Shown: piece by piece, positions 1 through 7,837 of the stretch
How the letters are laid out: each line of letters opens with the position of its first letter
Numbering within the stretch: position 1 is the first letter of the stretch
Source of the DNA: Fonticula alba ATCC 38817
Taxonomy: Eukaryota; Protista; Nucleariida
Length of the DNA stretch: 11,242 bases
Assembly: GCA_000388065.2 (NCBI GenBank)
Contig: KB932207.1
Strand: one strand, 5' to 3'
Program-made: the position numbers and the translations under genes
The notes under the pieces: generated by a model
What the model was told of the DNA's origin: nothing
What the model saw: the letters and a program-made list of their open reading frames with translations, nothing else
Database searches by the model: none

Positions 1-1
1 C

Positions 2-166
2 CCCCCACCCCCCCATCCCACCACCCCTCCCGGTGCACCACGCTGCTGGTACTATCGCACCCTGTCAAGAGGCAAGTCAGCCATGCGAGCGCTCTCGACA
101 ATTCTCAGCCACAATCACCGCGCACGGGGGCAAATCCCCGCGAGCGAGGATGCACGAGTAGTGTAG
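2..166 (+). CDS. Possible 3' end of a plus-strand gene entering from the left edge (...GKSAMRALSTILSHNHRARGQIPASEDARVV*)
   Basis: The frame is open from the window edge to TAG at 164-166, after a C-rich intron-like tract. It would be convergent with the stop at 596 at a spacing (about 430 bp) similar to RIC8/COX17. No homology recognised. Confidence 0.15.
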   Translation, partial: PPPPHPTTPPGAPRCWYYRTLSRGKSAMRALSTILSHNHRARGQIPASEDARVV

Positions 167-475
167 ATGGCCGCGCAATGTAGCCCGTACATGCGCCCTC
201 GCCCGGGGTGATATGCCCCACCGTGACGAACGGAGGCCCCGAGCGGCCGATATATCAATCCACGCTCGAGAACGCTCGGCCTCCTGTCAGCATGGGCCCC
301 TGTACGTGAGGCTGGTCCCCTTGGTACCCTACCGGGCTCACCAGCCCATGCTCCGGCCCCGGATCCCATGCTCAGGCCCTGCCCCCAGGGTCGGTGAAGG
401 GGCCTTCCCCCATGGTGCACAGTCGGCCAAGCACGCGCACACCGTCTGCCTTCATCTTTGCCCCTGCCTCCCCAT

Positions 476-552
476 ACACAGACACACAGACAGACAGGCA
501 GGCAGGCAGGCAGACATATATATATATATATGGACACACATACCATACATAC
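476..552. repeat. Compound microsatellite (CA)/(CAGR)n/(AT)8/ACATAC
   Basis: Read directly: cagacagacaggcaggcaggcaggcagac, then (AT)8 at 516-531. Confidence 0.9.
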
Positions 553-595
553 GCGAGCCTCGTCCTTCGAGAACAATGTCCAAATGATGCTGACA

Positions 596-728
596 CTACA
601 CATAATCCGCCCCACCGAGGACATCGGGGCGCCGGCCTGGCCAATGGCTGCGACGGGGCTTGAAGCCCTTGTTTGTCGCCGAGGCCGGCCCCCTCGGCGC
701 AGTGCGCTTCACAACCGAGCATCTCCAC
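596..728 (-). CDS. Possible terminal exon of an unidentified minus-strand multi-exon gene (WRCSVVKRTAPRGPASATNKGFKPRRSHWPGRRPDVLGGADYV*)
   Basis: Strong acceptor (C19 tract then ggcacag at 731-729), fairly GC-rich third positions, stop at 598-596, followed by a TATGTATG/(TA)8 zone like the one downstream of COX17. Further minus-strand splice-like sites occur upstream: acceptors ending 860, 1251, 2342; donors 1070, 1603 (gtaagt), 2431. No homology recognised, and the frame and upstream exons are unresolved. Confidence 0.3.
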
Positions 729-1286
729 CTGTGCCGGGGGGGGGGGGGGGGGGGCTGCGCCAACATCCCAAACCCAACGGAGCACAGCCCCAAAGGCCCG
801 CACACCACACAAACCGCCACACCAGGAAGCCGCCAGAAAATCACCACAAACCAGGCGGGCTGGGGGGGGGGGGGGGGATTGCGCACTATCCCCGCCCCCG
901 AGGCTGGGAATGGCTTCTCCGGGTCCAGGGCTCCCCCCGCCCCCCTTCCAGGTGTATGTGCCATGATAATAGCTCGCCAGGGCGAGGCAGAGCGCCGGGG
1001 GAGGGGGGCTGAGGAGTCATTGGCTTTTGGGGGGTGGGCTGCTTTTTTCTTTTTTGCTTGCCAGCCCAACCTCCTTGGCTGTCCTCCGTGATTCCCCATG
1101 GTAAGGTGCTCCGCAGGAGGCGTCGTGTGGAGACTCGAGCGGCCCCACGCCACTAGGCAGGCCAGGGGAACCGATTGTCTCGCTCCGCCAGGCAGGACTC
1201 CCACAGAGCCGGCCAACCGCACGCGGGTATGCCCCTCGCGGCATGGCTGACTGTCAGCATGGCACGTGTAATATGCATTTATACAT

Positions 1287-1293
<7 letters not shown>

Positions 1294-1332
<39 letters not shown>

Positions 1333-1406
1333 CGAGACACAGACACACACACACACACACAGCGAGACACAGACACACACACACACACACAGCGAGACAC
1401 AGACAC
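1294..1406. repeat. (CA)n microsatellite with a 30-bp higher-order unit, about 2.9 copies
   Basis: The unit acacacacacagcgagacacagacacacac is exact at 1321-1350 and 1351-1380 and partial at 1381-1406, preceded by pure (CA)n. Confidence 0.95.
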
Positions 1407-2495
1407 ATGCACATGCACAGGCAGTCCCATCCATGCGCGTATTTACATGGCCAGTCCCCAAGGAGGAGGCGGCATCTTCACACACGCACACCCAGCCACA
1501 GGGAACGCCCCTCTCCGCCTCGGTCGCGGCTTCATCCTCCGGGGCTCGCGGGCCCACTCTCTGGCAGTTTGACACATGCCCCTCCCTATAAAGATCCACT
1601 TACGGCACTCTCCAAATGGAACGCCCCGAGGGGAAGAATAGAGAGGTGTACGGTGCAAAGGAAGAAGAAAAAAGACAAGGCCTTGCCGCAAGAGCCAGCC
1701 GGCTCAGCTTGGGTGGCGATGCCCAAGTGTCCGACAGGGGTCTGGTTGTCAATGAGCGCGCATGAGTCGCCCAGCATGTGGCAGAACGATCGGTCCCCGG
1801 CCCGGCCCGGGGGGGGGGGGGGGGGGGGGGCGGGGGCGAAGCCATCGCGCCCGGTAAGATCCCCCCCTCCCCCTCCCCCCTCACCCTCGCCCCTAGCCCT
1901 GCCCAGCGCCGAGGGCATCGGGCCAGCGGCCCAACCGATCGGGGCGGCCACCGGGGGGAGGACACTTCACGTGTGAGCGCCTGTCGGTCACATGCTCTGC
2001 CGCTCCGGGGCGAAGCTCCGTGGGAATTCACTCTCAATTAAGCGCTTTAACCCCGGAACCGTCGGCCACCATGGACATATTTGCGCGCAAGGATGCGGTG
2101 TGTCTATTATTTTTTTCCACCTTTTCCTGGCAGGGTGCAAGCTCCCCTCTCCCCTTGCTCGTCCGCCCCTCCCGGGTGACAATGCTTGGGGACCCCGCCG
2201 GGGGGGGGAGCAACCGATGGGCCCAAAAAGACCCGATCCCCGAGGGGCCTCCCGCGGCAGGATACATAGATCGTTCGAGAGGGAACGAGAGGACGCTACG
2301 TGTCCCCTTGGCCCCTGGATTGGCTCAGGGTCGATGGGCACCTGGGGAGAGGGGGGGGGGGGCGCCTGGGCCACCGAGGGATGGGTCATGCATGTGCATG
2401 AGCGGCCAATCCTCCCTCTTGAGAATGTTACCTGGCGAGCCCGGGCACAAGCGCAATCAGGCCTCCGCGCCAGGCGACCAGTCAGACCACAGGAC

Positions 2496-2496
<1 letters not shown>

Positions 2497-2578
<82 letters not shown>
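2497..2578. repeat. Poly-C homopolymer, about 82 nt
   Basis: Uninterrupted C run. It accounts for the poly-Pro and poly-Gly stretches in several listed ORFs. Confidence 0.95.
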
Positions 2579-2579
<1 letters not shown>

Positions 2580-3261
2580 CCTTGCGACGACGCCGGGTCT
2601 GTCGCTTTTCGACGCCGCCCCCGCGCCCGATGCTCCGGGAGACGAGGTGACTCGCTCGCAGCCGCGAGCGGACCTCTCCCGGCGCCTCTGCCTTCCGCAG
2701 GGAGGCACGTGTGAAGGGGGCCCTGCACGAGGCACGGGCCGCGGCCGTGGCTCGCCGACGGGCTCCTGCCAACAGATGGCCCCCGCCCATGAGGGGGACC
2801 ATCAGGGCACCGGGCGAGGGGTGCCCCGCCTCCTGCGTCACCCGAGGCCCGGCGAGATCGACGCACACCGGGGCCTTGGTGGCCTGAAATACGCCCCCCA
2901 TACAGCGCCATTATTGTCACTCGTCCGGGGTGGCGCACGCGCACGGCGCGCACCGGCCGCCCGGCACCGCCCCTCGGCAAGGGGGACGGGCACGAGACCG
3001 GAGGGCCGGGAAAAAAGAAGAGCCCACACACATCGATGTGCAGCTCTGGTCCGATTGGCGACATGTACCTCGCACAAACCCCACCCATCCCCACTCCGGG
3101 GGGGGGGAGATGGCCGGGGGCAGGGCCATCCTCAGGCGTGGACGCGCCGACACCGCCCGATTCGGGCACGCACCCATATACACACACATGCGCGCGCGCG
3201 CGTCCAGCCGGGGGGCGCCCTTCACAGGGGGGGGGGGGGGGGGGTGGTCTCTATTCTGAAA

Positions 3262-3364
3262 CCAATGACCCTGGTTGGCCGCCTAGCCGGGGGGCCGATC
3301 TCGCCCCGGGCACGGGGCAGCCACTTGATTGGCGACCACCCCGCTGTGCGACATCCAACATTGG
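3262..3364. promoter_or_regulatory. CCAAT-box cluster upstream of RIC8 (possibly a bidirectional promoter)
   Basis: CCAAT at 3262 and ATTGG at 3328 and 3360 (32 bp apart), about 170-270 bp upstream of the RIC8 ATG and followed by a CT-rich leader. Another ATTGG lies at 3054. Confidence 0.45.
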
Positions 3365-3529
3365 CTTGCAGCTGCCTCCCCTCCCCATCTGTCTTGCTCT
3401 CGTCCCCATCCTCCCCCCCCCCTCCTCCTCCTTCCCCCCCCCCCTTTCGCCTCGGCTCCGGCCTGCGCACAAGTACACGCACATACGCGACAGACGGACA
3501 CACCGGCCACGCTCCCTCTCCTGCCAACC

Positions 3530-6306
3530 ATGTCTGCCATCATCCAATCCCTGGAGAAGATCGTCGCGCTAAGCCCCCCGGTCAAGTGGTCTTCCTCGGC
3601 TCTGTGGCTGGAAGTCGACTCGCCGATGAAGACGGCGACCGCGGTCGCCCAGCTGGCCGAGCGCCTGGTCGCCCAGCTTGACGCCGACATGGATTTCGAC
3701 CTGGAAGCCACGCCGCGTGCCCCGGAGTTGGCCCGCGGCGCGGGATTCACCCTTCTCTGGGCACTACATGTAATGACCCCCGACAAGGCGGCAGAAGACG
3801 AGCCACTTGGAAGTGACGGTGCGTCTCTCTCTCTCTTGCTTTTTTCTTCTGCCCCTTTTTGTCTCTCGAGAAACAGACGCCCGGACGGCGGGTGGATGTC
3901 CGGAGAGCGTGAAGGACGCGCAAGGGCCCATCCATGTGTCCCCCCCCCCTGTCGAGGCCTATGTCCGGTGGGGCTTGGTGCTTGTGTGCACACGCGCACA
4001 TGCACGCGCACATGCTTCTGTCCCCCTCCACCCCCATGTGCACCATCTCACATGTGTCCTGCAGAACTCGCCATCCTGGCTGCCATGCGGTATCTCAGCC
4101 GCTCGCGCGAGTTCACCGAGGCCCTGCGGTCGGTGAGTGTGCCGATCCCCTCTCCCCGGCCGAATGTTCACCCACTGGCGGTGATGAATCGGCCACTGGC
4201 GCTCGGGCACCCGGGCGCCTTGGCCTTCCTGAACAATGTGCTGCACGGCTGCAGCGAGTCAACTCGCATGAAGCTGTCGGTTCTCTATCACACCGGCGCC
4301 GAGCGGCATCTTCGCGCTGTACGTTCTCCTGCTTGCTTGACAGCTGCTGCAAATATCCGCATGGCTCCGCCGGCCCCCTGTCCCGCGCCAGCTGCTTGCC
4401 CGGTTCTCTAACCGGCGAAATGTGTCATACTAGCTGCTGGCCAACCATCGGGCCATTGCCGAGGCCAACCGGCCGAGGACCCTGCTGGCGGTCGCACGCT
4501 GCTTGAATCTTGCCCTGATGCAGCTCCCGGCCTCCATCCGCTGGGGCTATCCGGAGGATGTAACCCCCCCGGCCCCGGCTGCCGACCCGGTTGCCCCGCT
4601 GTCTGACACCCTGCTGTCGACGGTGTACGTCCTCGGGTCCATGAGCCTCCTGAATGATGTGTCCAAGGTATGTCCCTTCCCAAAGCCGGCCCTTCCGCCC
4701 TTCCGTGTGGGTCTCGTGCCGGGCTAACCCGCCCGCCCTGTCAGACTTGCATCTTCCTGATGGAGGAGTCGGCTGGGCTACATCCGGAAGACCACCGCCA
4801 GAGTGACATCTGGGCCGCCCTCGGGGATTTGATGCGCCTGGCGTCGACGCTGGTGAGACACCACACCCGCCTGCGCGCCGAGCGCTCGGCCTTCTTTGTG
4901 AATGGTCCAGAGCAGCATCAGCTCTGGCGGCCACACCGCCAAGCCCTGGCCTCGGTGGTCGGTCTGGCCGTCGCCGCGGCGGCTATGCTCCGCCGGCCCT
5001 GCCTCGGCGCCTCGGCCCCAACCGCCGCGACGATCGATGCCTTCGTGTCTGTTCCCATGGTGGCCGACATGCTGGATTCATGCGTCCTGGATGCGCTGGT
5101 TCTGTTGCTGCTCCCCTCGCGGCCATTTGCCCGTCGGGTGCTGCAAGCCCCTCCGTCGGAGACATTGGGACTGGCCCCGGCGCAGGCCGCGGCCCTTGGC
5201 TTGAGCCGGCTTGATGCTGAGGCCCGTGACCCGGCCGCTCGCAGGGACTTCCTCGGGATCGGTCAAGACATGACGGATCTGCTGAGTGAGGTGCTGGCTG
5301 CTGGCTTGGCTCACCGGCTGGCCGTGGCCGGGCTTGCAGTGCCCTGCTCGCCGGAGTCGATGCCGGCCAATGACGTTGACCTTGTGGAAGCCGGCATCGC
5401 CATGGCCCTGGTGACCAGCGTGTGCCGTGTTTCAGATGGCGTTTGTCGTACCCTTCGTCGGAAATGGATTCTGCCACTGGATAGGTGCGCCAATTTCGCT
5501 CTCCTCCCCTCCCCCCATTGGCCACCTACCATCTGTCCCAGGCCAGCCTTCCCAGGGCGTCCCCATGCCTAACACACACATACACGCACGCACACACACT
5601 CTCTCTCTCTCTCTCTCTCCTCCCCGTGATGCTTCGTGATATGCTCCATCGCCAGCTCGAGGGCAGTGAAGCCCGAGAAGCAGCAGACCCTTCGCGGGTC
5701 ACTGGCTCGGATTTTGACCCTCACAGGCATCGACTCCTCCACGCGCTCCCTGATGAACCTCACCTTTGAGTTCATTTGGGTTCTTTGCTGCCAGAGCGGT
5801 GCGTTATTCTGCCTCCCCTGCATTCCCCCTTCCCTTCTTTTTTTTTTTGGCCCATCCCCTGGCGTCATCTTGCCTGCTAAACCATGCACGCTGGCACATC
5901 CTTTGTGTCCATGAACGGCCATGATCGACGGATGGCGGGGATCCGCCGGAAATGCACGCAGCGAAAGCGGTGGTCGCGCACTTCGGCCATGGCAATGCGG
6001 CCGGCATGCTGGCCAATAAGGCCCTGATCCCAGAGGATGCAAGTGACGAGGAGGATGATCTGGAGCCAATTCAGTTTGGCGACCGGCCTCTGCGTCTGTA
6101 TGCCAAGGGGTTGGACTTCGCGGCTGAGGTCTTGCCTGATGAGGAAATTGTGCGTGTCATCTACCAAATCCGAGCAGCACACAGACACACACACACACAC
6201 ACACACACACATAGCTGGGGCATCATGCTTTGCTGTGCCTTGACGTCTTTTTTTCATGAAAAGGACTGACCATACGTCGTGCTTTCTCCTCGTCCATGTG
6301 CACACG

Positions 6307-6338
<32 letters not shown>

Positions 6339-6504
6339 GCTGGACGTCATTGATCATGTAAGTGGCACTTCGCGCAGCGAAACTCCCCGACCCGCGCGGG
6401 CTCCAATGTCTACGGCTGAGATGGAGGAGCTATCCAACATGATGACCCGGCTGGAGGCCATGGGCATGGTCAAGAATCCGACTGACGACTATCGAGATGA
6501 TTAG
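3530..6504 (+). CDS. RIC8: Ric-8/synembryn family G-alpha guanine-nucleotide exchange factor and chaperone; 7 coding exons, about 670 aa
   Basis: Exons: 3530-3818, 4065-4318, 4434-4667, 4745-5484, 5656-5798, 5962-6149, 6340-6504. They join in frame through GT-AG introns (donors gtgcgt x3, gtacgt, gtatgt, gtgcgc; CTAAC at 4408, 4724, 5569), total 2013 nt. The spliced product carries Ric-8 motifs in the correct order: LAAMRYLSRSRE (cf. LQSVRILSRDRN); ALAFLNNVL (cf. SLKCLCNLVL); WILPLDSSRAVKPEKQQTLRGSLARIL...FEFIWVLCCQSAKAVVAHFGHGNAAGMLA (cf. [27 protein letters not shown]...[29 protein letters not shown]); acidic ASDEEDD; IDHVSG (cf. INPVTG); terminal MEELSNMMTRL helix. Comparison is to human RIC8A from memory. 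An extra exon at 3877-3967 is unresolved. Confidence 0.9.
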
Positions 6505-6940
6505 CCAGCCTGATTGCCTCCTTCCCCCTCCCCGACCAGATTCTCCCCCTCTCTTGTCTGAGGGGAGACAAGGGGGCAACTGACCCACGGACAATACAAA
6601 CTCAAACGAAAGGGAGGGAGGTTTGGTATTTCGATATTAACAGGGAAAGGTGGGGCACATGCACACACATACATACACACACAAATATATATAAATATAT
6701 ATATATATGGATATGCGCGCGGATGGATGGGCCAGGAGGGAGCGTGCTCTCCAGGGGGCCGGGAGGGGGCGGGAAAGAAAAGATGATCTCCTGGCCTAGG
6801 AGGGAGGGGGAGGAGGAGAACGCCGCTGTGCTTCTATATGCCAACATGGTAGACATGCTGAATGTGCGCACGGATGCTGAGAAAGGGGGGAGAGGGAGGG
6901 AGAAAGGCCGCAGGGAGTCGGGGATGGACCGAGGGTGCTC
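6505..6940. terminator. Shared 3' UTR / 3'-end region of convergent RIC8 and COX17, with an (AT)-rich core at 6685-6708
   Basis: 436 bp between the two stop codons. A central ATATAT...ATAAATATATAT tract lies beside ACATACATAC, resembling fungal TATATA/TATGTA 3'-end efficiency elements. Function is inferred. Confidence 0.45.
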
Positions 6941-7249
6941 CTAGACGTTGAAGCCAGCCAGGCGCATGCAGGCCTTGTGGGCCTCAATGACGTCGTTGCA
7001 CAGGGGCGAGTCCGGGCCATTCTCGAGGGCACAGAGGTCGCGGACCTTCTGCAGGTTGGGCACGGGCCAAGGGCAAATTAGTCAACATCTGATGACCAGC
7101 GAAGGGGGCACACTCACCAGCGCGGAGGAACATGAGGGACGGACCTTGGTGTCGGGGCAAGCGCAGCAGGGCTTCAGCTTCTTCTCAGGAGCAGCGGCCA
7201 CAGGGGCCTGGGTGACGCTGGCGGGGGGGACCTGGGCAGCGGTAGTCAT
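6941..7249 (-). CDS. COX17: Cytochrome c oxidase copper chaperone Cox17; 2 exons, 70 aa
   Basis: Exon 1 is 7249-7145 (MTTAAQVPPASVTQAPVAAAPEKKLKPCCACPDTK). The intron is 7144-7049 (gtccgt...gactaat...ctgcag). Exon 2 is 7048-6941 (KVRDLCALENGPDSPLCNDVIEAHKACMRLAGFNV*). The product has the KPCCxC copper-binding motif and a twin CX9C with exact spacing, which is diagnostic of Cox17. Confidence 0.97.
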
Positions 7250-7674
7250 CGTGTGTGTGTGTGTGTGTGTTCACAAGTAAAGAGAGGTGCAGCGGGGGGG
7301 GGGGGGGGGGGGCGGAAGGGGCGAGAGGGAGGTAGGCACTGTGGAAGGGATCCTCGGAGGATGGCGGTGAAGGGCGGCGGCCCTTGGGCCCAGGGGCCGG
7401 AGTCGGACCATTACATAATGGCCAGTTGAGGAGCACCAGGGGGCGGCTGGGCACAGGGAGGGGCCCTCTCCCGGGCACACGCAGGTCCCTCCCGCCGGTC
7501 TCCCCCCTCTCAGGAAAGGGTGATCGCCAAAGGGGGTCCGTGGCCAGTCGGGAAATAGGGCACGATCCCAGCCACATGAGCCGCGCCTTCGGGAAACGTG
7601 CCGAACTTCCGGGGGGGCGGGGGACGGGGCTGGTGGGCGGGCCAGGACCGAACGACTGACCGGGCCACAGTGCA

Positions 7675-7743
7675 CGACACGCATGCACACACGCACTCAC
7701 ACACACACACACGCACACACACGCACATTTACACACACTTACA
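7675..7743. repeat. Interrupted (CA)n microsatellite next to a minus-strand GTAAGT donor
   Basis: cacgacacgcatgcacacacgcactcacacacacac...acacacacttac. The donor starts at 7742 on the - strand. Confidence 0.85.
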
Positions 7744-7837
7744 CCAGCTCAGGGATGCACAGCAGGTCCTGGTCATACGGTCGCCATGCAGCCGAACAGC
7801 AGGTAAACCACCCAGAGAGACCCATGCGATCGGGGTC

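Noticed and set aside
1294-1410. Tandem repeats as a CRISPR array or mobile-element end
   Set aside because: No unique spacers, terminal inverted repeats, target-site duplications or transposase/RT/cas sequence anywhere in the window.
3029-3040. 12-bp perfect palindrome CACATCGATGTG
   Set aside because: A few palindromes of this length are expected by chance in 11 kb.
2020-3681. 553-aa + strand ORF and overlapping 399-aa - strand ORF
   Set aside because: They cross C82/G18 homopolymers and repeats, are dominated by Pro/Gly/Arg and show no domain. Long open frames are expected at this GC content.
4133-4254. GTGAGT...CTGCAG as an extra RIC8 intron
   Set aside because: The phases are incompatible, and it would remove ALAFLNNVL, which matches a conserved Ric-8 helix.
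3329-4411. 360-aa ORF as a stand-alone gene
   Set aside because: It is RIC8 exons 1 and 2 read through intronic repeats. The upstream ATG at 3329 lies in the promoter/leader, whereas 3530 has a good context.
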